The notes beneath the pieces are model-generated. The model searched no databases. It had not been told where the DNA came from and saw nothing but the letters and a program-made list of their open reading frames with translations. A program made the translations under genes and the position numbers. 64,000 nucleotides of DNA. Origin: Paramoeba atlantica. Taxonomy: Eukaryota; Protista; Discosea. Numbering within the stretch: position 1 is the first letter of the stretch; each line of letters opens with the position of its first letter. Shown here in pieces: positions 34,559-43,517 of this stretch. Location of the stretch: positions 186,001-250,000 of the forward strand of contig CDRNVI010000069.1 in the NCBI GenBank assembly GCA_977017575.1, written 5' to 3'.

Positions 34559-34608
34559 CAATTATAAATCATTTTTACGAATTTTAGACCCCCCCCACCA
34601 CGAGTTTT

Positions 34609-36864
34609 TCACCCCTGTATGTCAGGGCCTCGACCGTTGTCGAACCTGGGTTCGCAAAGATCTGGGGAGAAACCATAGTTGATTAGGAGGTTTCGGAAGG
34701 TTTCCTTAACTACTTTATGTCGAGAGGCTTGGGTCTTGCCCCTGACCTTCTTGCAGTCCAGCGCTTGGACGCAAAAATCCTCGTTCCTGAGGGTGGCGCC
34801 GCACACGCAGTGTAGTTCAGGTTCGGAGGTCGGGGAGACCAAGTACCGAAGGCGGGCCGCTGTTTCCCACTCGGGGTCCCGCATGTAGTACTCCGGCCTG
34901 TTCGGCCACGCATTCATCCATTCGGTAGAGTGGATGTTTTGAATCTGTCTCATACAGACCAAATGCGTGGCCGAGGGGGCCTTCTGGATGGCCGCCTCAC
35001 AGAAGCTGCGTCTCAGCTCCTTGGCTGGCGTACCCTGAGTGAGTCCTTGGAGGGCGTTTTTGGCTTTGCCCTGCATGTCCCCACCTTTGTGCTCGAAAGG
35101 AATGGTTCCTAGGAAGTCCGCCGTAAAAAGGGGATTTGAGAACGGCGACTTTCCAGGGGGGGCCATCCCTCCGAGTAAGGCTTCAGAGAACGCCTTGATG
35201 GCACAATCAATTTGTTTATTGGCCATCTTGGTGACCGGGGGTTCGTGCGTCCGCACAATATAATTCCAGTGCGGGCTGCCGCATAGCCGCAGGAGGGGTA
35301 GGGCGCATTGCCTGGGGAGGTCCTTCAGTTTCCCCAGGAAGGAGGCCACCTTGGGTGCCTTGGAGAGCACCCATTCCTCCTCAACCGACTCCGAAGCTCC
35401 AATGTAAGCTCCAAGGAGCTTAACCCCGCCCGGAGAGTGCACCATTCTGGTACCTTTGAAAGCCGAGTATAGGTCATCCCGGCGGGTGGCGACCTTACTC
35501 TTGGCAGTGTTTAGCTTCAACCCAAGGAATTTGATTTCTCCTTGGAGGGCATCGAGGGCCTCCCCGCACACCATGGGCTCCCCAGCGAGGGTGACGTCAT
35601 CGAGGTAAGCCCATAATTTCAAGGAGCTGGGGAATTTGGCCGCCACTCGAGAGATGGCCCCCTGTACCCCGATCGCGAACAGGATAGGGGCGAGCGGGTC
35701 TCCCTGTTTGACCCCCCTGGTGCTCATGAGGACATTGCCCTCGCCCAGGTGAAGAGCGCTGGGTTTCCCGTATCCGAGGAGGGTAATGCCCTCGAGGGGG
35801 AGAAGCTTGGGGTTCCCCCGTATGGCCCTGAAAATAGCTGACCTCGAGATGCTGTTAAAGGCATTCTCGAGGTCCGCCGCGACAATAACCTCGTCGGGCC
35901 TGTCTCGGAAGTGATCGCGTACCTCGTACACGATGTGTTCACACCCTTGGGTGTATTGGGCCCCGAATTGGAGCCCTTGGAAGACGTTTGGGAGGTGTTC
36001 GCGCACCCTTTCAAGGGCGAGGAGTCCCGCCAGTTTCAGGAACACTTCGCCCATGGTAATTGGGCGACAGGTCGAGTGATGCCCCGCGGGGGCACCCGGT
36101 TTGGAAAACAGTTTAAGGGTGGCCCCCGTTATTATCTCCATCATGGAGTTAGGGAGGGTGTTCGTAATGATACCGTGGACAATCCACCTCACACATTCCC
36201 GGGGATCATCCTCCATAAGGGCCGGGGCCAGTAGCTCCTTGGTCCACCCGGACGGTCCCGGGGCACAAAGCAGAGCCAAGCCTCGGACCTTCCGGGCCAC
36301 ATCCGCCGGGGACGGGAGCGCCCCGTGGACGTCTTGGTCGTAGCGATACAGGCCGGAGGTATATGGGCCCCCGGTCGGATGGAGGCGTCTTGCGTAGTAT
36401 GAGGCCGCATAAGGGTTAGCGGGGGGATCCAAAGGGGCTTCGAGGATTTTCGCTGCTCTGGAGAAAGAGCCCACTCTAACCAGTTCCTCAGCGCGCTTGA
36501 GCGCCGAGGTGGGTGAACCGTTAGCTTGTATAGGCATGGGGGACATGCTCTCTGACCCCTCGAGGAACGCGCGCTGGCGTAGTTCCCTGGCCATTTGCTT
36601 CTGAGAGAGCTTCTCCTCCGGGAAGAACAGGAAGCGTTTTACCGAGAGAATGAGGTTCCAAGCGGTCACAATCTTCTGGTCAGGGGATTTAGATGGGAAC
36701 CTACGGCAAACATGTGCTAAGTGTTCTCTCCACGCAGGGGTCTGGACTGCATAAAGTTTGCGCAAAGAGCCCCTTCCCAACAGTTCCGCCAGGTTTTCGG
36801 GGGACGGGGCGTGGTCGGTTCCTTCTGTATACGCGCTCTGTGTGCATGGGGGCGTAACGGACAC
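34609..36864 (-). CDS. CRE reverse transcriptase / endonuclease reading frame (truncated by Tc1 insertion)
   Basis: APGPSGW, RPITMGE, ADLENAFNSISR, GVKQGDPLAP, WAYLDD, CVCG..CVQALDC..SRHKVV..GPD. The last codons run into the TIR. Confidence 0.95.
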   Translation of the reverse strand: MSVTPPCTQSAYTEGTDHAPSPENLAELLGRGSLRKLYAVQTPAWREHLAHVCRRFPSKSPDQKIVTAWNLILSVKRFLFFPEEKLSQKQMARELRQRAFLEGSESMSPMPIQANGSPTSALKRAEELVRVGSFSRAAKILEAPLDPPANPYAASYYARRLHPTGGPYTSGLYRYDQDVHGALPSPADVARKVRGLALLCAPGPSGWTKELLAPALMEDDPRECVRWIVHGIITNTLPNSMMEIITGATLKLFSKPGAPAGHHSTCRPITMGEVFLKLAGLLALERVREHLPNVFQGLQFGAQYTQGCEHIVYEVRDHFRDRPDEVIVAADLENAFNSISRSAIFRAIRGNPKLLPLEGITLLGYGKPSALHLGEGNVLMSTRGVKQGDPLAPILFAIGVQGAISRVAAKFPSSLKLWAYLDDVTLAGEPMVCGEALDALQGEIKFLGLKLNTAKSKVATRRDDLYSAFKGTRMVHSPGGVKLLGAYIGASESVEEEWVLSKAPKVASFLGKLKDLPRQCALPLLRLCGSPHWNYIVRTHEPPVTKMANKQIDCAIKAFSEALLGGMAPPGKSPFSNPLFTADFLGTIPFEHKGGDMQGKAKNALQGLTQGTPAKELRRSFCEAAIQKAPSATHLVCMRQIQNIHSTEWMNAWPNRPEYYMRDPEWETAARLRYLVSPTSEPELHCVCGATLRNEDFCVQALDCKKVRGKTQASRHKVVKETFRNLLINYGFSPDLCEPRFDNGRGPDIQG

Positions 36865-37730
36865 AGGTTCGGACGGGATTCCGGCCGTGTGTGCGGGCTC
36901 CGGCCGTAATGGCCGCCGCCGCGATCTCTAGTATCGTCCCGCTGACGAGCGGGGTGGGCTCCCCCATAAGGACCGGCGCGAGGCTGCCATCCTCGGAGTG
37001 TGGCTCACCGGCGTGCTGGTTGCCCTCCCCCTGACGAGGGAAGTTGGGTTCAGAACCTTTCGGGAGGTTACCGGCCTTTGCGGGAATGCCGCGGGGTTGC
37101 GGGGGGGGCCCTAGCCTTAGGAGGGGATGTTACGTAAGGGCCTGAAGGGAGGCTGCGCGCGACAGACCGAGTATTGCGAGTCTTGCGGTGAGGTCCCGGG
37201 TTAGCCTCGATGCAGCCCCGTCTCAGGTTGCATCGCACCAGTTCCGCCGACCACCCCGAGTCGGCGATTAAACCCTCAGAAGGGAGGAAACACCAGTATA
37301 CGGACCCGTCTTCCGCCTCGAAAGGGGTCCATGCACATGCGAAGTCGTGAGTTAGTGCCAACGTGTAGCAAAGGAAGAAGGGAATATTTTCTGCGGGGAG
37401 GGGCGCTTTCGTGTTGATACATGAGCCGTGTGTTGTTCCGTCGAACACCCTGACATGGTGTCCGTGTGGCGAATCGTTGAAAGGTACGAGCAGGGTGGCC
37501 CAAATGTTGGGCGAGGCGCCCACGTCCTCGTCTGTCTCCAGGTAGGGGTCTCTCTGGTCGGTGGTGAGACATACGCGGTCCGACGGGACCCCTAGAGTGA
37601 GGCCAACTGTGTGAGCTAAGCCTTGGAGTGGGCATCCGGGTGGGACCGGAACCATGGTGTGCCCCATAGCGTGGGGCCCTAGATGCAGGTTAACCTTGGT
37701 CCAGACCTCCTCATGGAGTTCCGGAGGGGG
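36865..37730 (-). pseudogene. CRE middle region containing 2A-like GCIEANPGP
   Basis: Frames are joined by single-base shifts at C-runs (~37727-33, ~37101-08) and one more shift between 36930 and 36800. Confidence 0.7.
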
Positions 37731-38956
37731 GGCGTCCCCGGTGGGCCGTGCGCTCCCCCCGACTGGCGGCGAAATCGAGGGGCGTCAGCCATAGGGGGCG
37801 GCGGAGAGTCTACTTCAATGTGCCCACTCGACGGGGTTGTCGGGGCCCTGTTTAATAAGGCGATGCGCTGCAGTTCCCCGAGCCACACGTTGTGAAGTTC
37901 GGAGGTTGAGGCCCACTGGAGGTCTGAGATATCTGAAGCCCCCCACCGGTGTTCCTTGAGAAGGTGGGCTGCGGTCGCGCGGACAGCGGCCTGTTCGTGG
38001 ACGAGCTTATGGTCCGCCAACTTCCGCTGATCGAGGAAGACCCGCCCACAAGTATGGCAAAGATGTGCTCGATCCTCGACCAGTTTGCGTTCCCTATGCT
38101 CCTGCCCCGCGTCCTGGCAGAGTAGGGCGAGCCACTCTGAGATGATGTCGTCCCGCGCCCTCGCGAAGTCGGCCTCCAGAGCTCGGGCAGCGCTCGCTAG
38201 ACGATGCTCTTCGACTTCGTGTCCGAGGTCCGAGGACGCTCCATCCTTGCGTCCCCTATTGAAGAGAGCCCTCATAATTTCGGCATTCTTAGATGCTATG
38301 ATCGCAAGTTGGTCCTGGAGCGGGGGTGCTTTGCCAGTTACGGTGCCGGAGGGGGGTTCTGTACCTTGGGTTGATAGGTGCGGAGGGATGGGTGAGAGCA
38401 ATCTGGCCTTGTCCGCGTAGGAGTGGATCAAATGGGTGGGCGTCGGCCGAGGGGCGGAGACCCGGGAGGAGGAGCGGGTGCGGGGGCCCTCGGCTTGGAG
38501 GCTCGGCTTGCGGGGAGCCGACCGGCCCCTGGAGGTGGCGCGCGTAGGGGTAGAGAGACGTGAACGAGAGCGTGTTCTACGGCCTGGGGATGTGTCCCGT
38601 CCCGGGGAGATTCTGGCGGGTGATGAGTGGCTACCAGCGCTCTGGCGTTCGGCTCGGAGTTCGATGCATTCCAGGCATAGAAGGTGAAAAGGTCGCCTCG
38701 GGGAGAAGGTCTGCGCGCAGAAACCACACGGCCGGTTGTCGAGGGAGGGGGAGGCCCCCGTGTGAGGACGGGGGGAGGTCTGCTTGGGTCCACCGTGGGC
38801 GGGCCCGAGAGAAGAGGAGTGGTCCCGCGGAGATCGGGACAATCGTCGAGATGAATCAGCGCACGGCTGGCACATCCGATGGGAGGGGGAGAGTGGTTCA
38901 TACTTCGAACCACAAGTTGCGCAAAACAAGATTCCCTGGAGCGGGGGTTTTGCCAT
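37679..38956 (-). CDS. CRE N-terminal region: CxxC zinc ribbons, Ser/Arg/Pro-rich linker, C2H2 finger
   Basis: CATC..CQPC, CGFC..CLEC, CHTCGRVFLDQRKLADHKLVH. ATG 33 nt after the SL exon. Confidence 0.85.
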   Translation of the reverse strand: MAKPPLQGILFCATCGSKYEPLSPSHRMCQPCADSSRRLSRSPRDHSSSLGPAHGGPKQTSPRPHTGASPSLDNRPCGFCAQTFSPRRPFHLLCLECIELRAERQSAGSHSSPARISPGRDTSPGRRTRSRSRLSTPTRATSRGRSAPRKPSLQAEGPRTRSSSRVSAPRPTPTHLIHSYADKARLLSPIPPHLSTQGTEPPSGTVTGKAPPLQDQLAIIASKNAEIMRALFNRGRKDGASSDLGHEVEEHRLASAARALEADFARARDDIISEWLALLCQDAGQEHRERKLVEDRAHLCHTCGRVFLDQRKLADHKLVHEQAAVRATAAHLLKEHRWGASDISDLQWASTSELHNVWLGELQRIALLNRAPTTPSSGHIEVDSPPPPMADAPRFRRQSGGAHGPPGTPPLRNSMRRSGPRLTCI

Positions 38957-38989
38957 GGGGGTAAAGTAACGAAGAAAGAGGAAGTAAAT

Positions 38990-39055
38990 CAACAGGGTAC
39001 AGAAACTGTATCTTTATCGTTAAATCATTATTATTATATCCTTATTGCGGTGGTT
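38990..39055 (-). ncRNA. SL exon at the CRE 5' junction: nt 1-19, 19-nt filler, nt 11-38
   Basis: AACCACCGCAATAAGGATA-TAATAATAATGATTTAACG-ATAAAGATACAGTTTCTGTACCCTGTTG, followed by element sequence instead of GT. Confidence 0.88.
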
Positions 39056-39450
39056 GTAAAACTACCGCTCTACCCTCGATTATCGAAAAAAAAGTGAACA
39101 AAAACAGTGAAAATATAAAGGGGAACACAGTAATATTATAGAAGAAAAAAATATAAAAGGGGGCCCCGGTGGTCCAAAATAGAAAAAAAAATTGAAAAAA
39201 ATGGGGGGTCTAGGAGGGGGGGCATACGTCGTTTTTTGAAATTTTCAAAATCTTGATTTTCGAAATCAAGCGCAGGGAAGTGGTAGAGTAGGCCGCGGCG
39301 ATAATCCCCCCCCCCTGGTACGCGCAGGAGGGGTCCAGCAAGGTCAAAATTTCCGAAATTTTTGGGGTCATCAAAAAAAAAATTTGACCCCAAAAAAATA
39401 TTGTTTTTCCAAAATCGACTCCCAAAACGTATTTTAAGAGTTTGGGATCT
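39056..39450 (-). promoter_or_regulatory. SL upstream block driving the CRE-occupied copy
   Basis: Closely similar to 31448-31850. Confidence 0.7.
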
Positions 39451-39890
39451 CAGCTACCATTTTACGACGTTTTTTTCGACAGATTCGCCTCCTACCCCTA
39501 CTGGTAAGGTTTCAAAAGCAGCCGAAATTCGGGTTAAAATATCGAATTTTTAGCCTGAAAATCATGCTTTTTTGTCGAAAATTATGTAGTTTTCTTGAAT
39601 TTTTCTTTTTTTAGTCTGTTGGGGTGATAAATGTAAATGGGGTAAATCAATAAAAGGGGGCGTTGAATAAAATTGTGGTGATCAATAGAAAGGGGTGATC
39701 AATGAAATGAGGGACTGAAATCCCGGTTGGTCGACTAGGGCTATGGTGTCGTAACAGTTACATGGAAACCTCTACTCTTAGTTAAGCGCGGAGGTAGTTT
39801 TCAATATAGTATTTGTAAAGTTCGGAACCTCAGCTACCTTTTTGCGACTTCGATTCCTACAATACGATTTCAGTAATCATGTTAATACGT

Positions 39891-40000
39891 ATTTTCTTTT
39901 TTAGGCTTTTCGTTAAACGCGGTGGTTGTTTTCAACTTAGAAGTCACTCATGCTGCGCGCTTCGCGTTGAAAACTACTACCGCGTTTAACGAAGAGCCTA
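39891..40000. repeat. ~115-bp hairpin repeat
   Basis: Same arms and loop as 32895-33017; the right arm is shortened where the REL fragment begins. Confidence 0.9.
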
Positions 40001-40560
40001 ATAATTTCAGGCTGTAAAACATCTCTTGATCAGGGGCGTTATACCCTCAGACACGACACCGCGCTAACTGAACTCGCCAAACACATCCAAGAATCCCCGC
40101 ATACAAAATATCAGCATTTTGACCTACTAGGTCACCGAAATCCACCACATTGGCTACACAACAATCCGAATCATCAACGTCCAGACGGATTCGTTGCACT
40201 GACTGACGGTACAGAATACATCGTTGAGCTCACTGTCCCCTGGTAAGAGAACTCAAGTACAACGCTCTATTACACGAACGACGAATAGTGCACCCGAACA
40301 CGTACCTCCTCGTATTCGAAATTGGAGCACGAGGTGGTCTGATATCCTCAGCGGATATTAATCGGTTGTTTGGAGGGGGCAAGGATTTGGGGGCTAAATG
40401 TCGGGCGACGCTCTCCCGAGCTGTTATCCGTTCCAGCTTCATATTATGGCACAAGCGTGATTCCCCGCAATGGAGCGATGCAGGGACACTGTCCGCATAA
40501 GGGATGCAACTAACAGCGTCATATGCGCAAGTTAGTTACATCCTAAAAATCCTCTATCTT
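40001..40560 (+). mobile_element. 3' fragment of a HERO/NeSL-like REL non-LTR retrotransposon
   Basis: IISGCKTSLDQGRYTLRHDTAL..RPDG..IVELTVPW*EN, then after a shift KYNAL..VFEIGARG..SSFILWHKR..W. Stop at 40244-46. Confidence 0.8.
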
Positions 40561-40634
40561 AAAAGGTATGATATCATCATATCGTACCTTAGATTGTACC
40601 TTGTTGCCTTTTTCTTTATACCTTGTTGATCTAC

Positions 40635-40955
40635 CCCATGTACCCCTTCACCCCCCTTCGCCGCGCCTTTCGCCGTCTCCCCGCCGTGCTTCCCACATCC
40701 CTCCATGCCGTTCTCCCTGCCTTGCTCCCCGGCATGCTCGCTCCCGTGCTCCCCGCGCCTTTCGCCGTCTCCCCGCCGTGCTCCTCGCCGCCCTCCTCGC
40801 CGTGCTCCCCGCCGTGCTTCCCTCGCCTTTCACCATCTCTCCGCCGCGCTCCCCGCCGCCCTCCTCGCCGTACTCCCCACCGTGCTCCCCGCTGCGCTCC
40901 CTGCCGCCCTCCCCGCTGTCCAACCGCCCAACTCCCCGCCTCTCTCCGCCGCGCT
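40635..40955. repeat. GC-rich imperfect minisatellite
   Basis: Recurring ccgccgtgctcccc / cgccttcgccgtctcc units. Confidence 0.8.
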
Positions 40956-41992
40956 CATGATGTGGAGCTACCCGGCGTCAACACAACAAGACGTCAAGAA
41001 ACTAGGGTAGCATCAATACAAAAAATTTAAGGCAGGGTCGTGGATTAACTTGTTAAGCCACGCTGAGGAGTAGCGAATCCCTCCTACCCTGGAGCTGTAA
41101 TTATTGGCTTCCTTTTATAGGAGGATAAGTCGCGTGTGTGCCTTCTATGGTTGAGATTACTCCTGTGTTAGCACAGATGCTTCGAGCTTCAGCATCCGCA
41201 CAGCGGACCTAGGCTGGAACTAGGGGGGCATATCTCCTCGGAGACAAACGGCTCTGTGATACATCCATCCATACCTTAGATTACCCAATCTCGTTTAGCA
41301 GTGCCACATTCATCCTTTGTTATATTTTCTCCTGAATGCCGAAAGTACAGGTGAACTGGTCGTGCGAACTGTGTGATGATTTTTCATGCGTTAGCAATAT
41401 GTTATTTACTTCGATAGCCGAGTCCACTGAACAAGAGCTCCGGTTATGGCTTAAAAACCACAAACCAGTGGTACAGCAGGCATGGTGTGCCAAGGAAAAG
41501 TATCATGAGGAGCCTGTGGCCTGTGACCGCACTGAAACTTGTTGGTTGTGCCCGATGGAGGGCAACGGTTCCTGTCGAGGCCATGACTACTCGACTTCAT
41601 GACTACGGCCGAAAATTTGGCTGATGGATGGAGTAGAAATGCTTTTGGAACTTGGCGATTGGGCGTGGAACGAGCGAATGGGTGGACGCGGGCTACCCAC
41701 TCGCCCATAAGATTAAGCCCATAAGCCACGTAGGCAAGCAAGTACAGTAAACGTCATTATTCTGAGAGTTGCTAAAAATGAGAATTGGGCTATCAACGTA
41801 CAACTGACTAAAATGAGAATGTACCTTGGAAAATGAGAATGGAGCTTCGGTCATGTGTCACCGTTCAATTCAATTTTACACTGAAGAATGAGAATTGAAA
41901 AAAAACTCTTTCGTTCTCTCACTGCTTAACTCACTGCTTCATCTTCACTCACTGGAGAGTATGTGAGAGATCGGTGGAAATGACTGCGGATA

Positions 41993-42230
41993 CCGTATAC
42001 CCCCCCAGTAATGGACCCCAGGAAACTGTCACACCCGCTGGGCTTGGGCGTCTCTTGGATAGCAGCAACTTCGTGCATCACTAATCATTGTTCTTCCGTG
42101 TGATAGCTGTGTGGTAGAATTTCTGGGAGTTAGACCTCCACCTAGTACCGTAATCTCAGTAAGAGAGAATTGGTCCTTTTTGGGCTGACCCCTGTAAGCG
42201 AGATTTGGTTCGAGGGGCTGAGCCATCGGG
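41993..42230. mobile_element. Partial MITE of the CCGTATACCCCC family
   Basis: TA-CCGTATACCCCCCCAGTAA at 41991. Internal gggctgacccctgtaagcgagatttgg is the reverse complement of the 211-bp unit. No right TIR found. Confidence 0.6.
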
Positions 42231-42475
42231 GTGGCTGGATGGGGGAGGGTGGCTGGGCGGGGTGACGGTAGTTGGACGGGCGGTGATGTCTTTTTTAGAC
42301 GCTTAAAATGTATCTATGAACCTGCAAATGTCATAAAAACGTTTAAGAGGAAATTTGAGTCATTTTTGAAAAAAATCTATTTTTTGTCAAATATTTGTCC
42401 CTACCGTCCAACGGACGCTTGGCCGAAAAGGTAGGGGAGGGGGTGACTTTTCGCTGTGGGGCGATTATTAAGATA

Positions 42476-43422
42476 CTGTCACCCCCCCTTTATACTTCCG
42501 CCGGTTTCGGTACTTTTGGAAGTATAAAGGGGGGGGTCTGATTTTTTGAAAAATCCGCGAAACAAATACTTTTGAAATCCTATTATTTATTTTTGAAATC
42601 CTATTATTCTAGCTAAAAATCAATCATCTAATCTCCAAACATGCAGGGCATAATGTTTGCTTCCGTGTTCCTCTTGCACACAATCAACATACGCTGTATA
42701 TTACGCTGCAGTGAATACGTGTCGGGACGATCTACCATTAGAAGCTTCATGGGACAGTCTTTGAAACGAGGTACATTCGCCTTTGCTGCAGCAGGCGCAT
42801 GTCCGCGCTGGCTGTCATCCCGTCCAGTTCGCTAAGGAGGAGTTCGTCAATTTTTTCGCATCTCGACATGTTTGTCCTTGTGCAAACCCCATCGCGCTTG
42901 CGACTACGATAGATTTACTTTTTTCTGGAAAAATCCGACACCATTTTTCCGGAGGGAGCGGATGGTTCGAGATCAGACGCCGTACTTCTCGCTGATTTGT
43001 GGAGCACTGCTACTCGAATGACACACATTCAACTTCTCCTACATTTTTGGGTTCTTTCCTCCCTGGGGTGAACCGACGGACACTGGTAATGTCGCAGGCT
43101 CCGCGCTTGAAACCATTATTTCGTTGGGAGGCCGAACGCGATGAAGAGGGGGATAAAGCTTAACCCACTGTGAGTATTGACATGGGAAAAAATGCGGCAA
43201 ATAATTTAAATGTATATCTAGCAATATCTCTACACACATCTCTAACGTTTAATAAAAAAAATGTAGAAAATTGTTAAAAAAAAATTTTTTTAACCCATTT
43301 TTAACCCCATTTTTTTGGGACCGGAAGTATAAAGGGGGGGTGCTGATTTTTCATCTGGATGAAAACGGAAGTATAAAGGGGGGGGGGGTTGACCCCCCTG
43401 AAGGATAAAGGGGGGGTGACAG
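42476..43422. mobile_element. MITE, 18-bp TIR CTGTCACCCCCCCTTTAT, TA TSD
   Basis: TA at 42474-75 and 43423-24; subterminal gaagtataaaggggg repeats as in 21874-22231. Confidence 0.85.
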
Positions 43423-43517
43423 TAATAAATAATGAAAATCGTTTCTAATACTGTACCCCTAATTCTCCACAAATTAATTACCAGTGCGCAAGGTCGCGTT
43501 AAGATTTAGTGAATCAG

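Larger units (their letters stand above)
32612..34617 (-). mobile_element. Tc1-like (ITm) DNA transposon derivative, ~47-bp TIRs CAGGGGTGAAAA.., TA TSD
   Basis: TA at 32610-11 and 34618-19; inverted ends CAGGGGTGAAAA..GGTGGGGGGGGTCTAAAATTCGTAAAA; contains the transposase. Confidence 0.92.
32330..38989 (-). mobile_element. CRE/SLACS-clade REL non-LTR retrotransposon inserted in an SL RNA gene (interrupted by Tc1-like element)
   Basis: Zn-finger N-terminus, RT (GVKQGDPL, YLDD), Cys-rich knuckle, RHxxV and PD..D endonuclease. The 5' end abuts SL exon nt 38 at 38990. About 4.65 kb after removing the nested element. Confidence 0.93.

Noticed and set aside
36800-36940. Conserved programmed frameshift between the TILE block and the RT frame of CRE
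   Set aside because: The offset is +1 in the main copy (139 nt) but +2 in the 25595-25738 copy (143 nt), so it is not conserved. Decay, or an ORF boundary with a variable spacer, fits equally well.
41040-41300. Hammerhead-like ribozyme
   Set aside because: CTGAGGA is present but the GAAA core and stems do not assemble.
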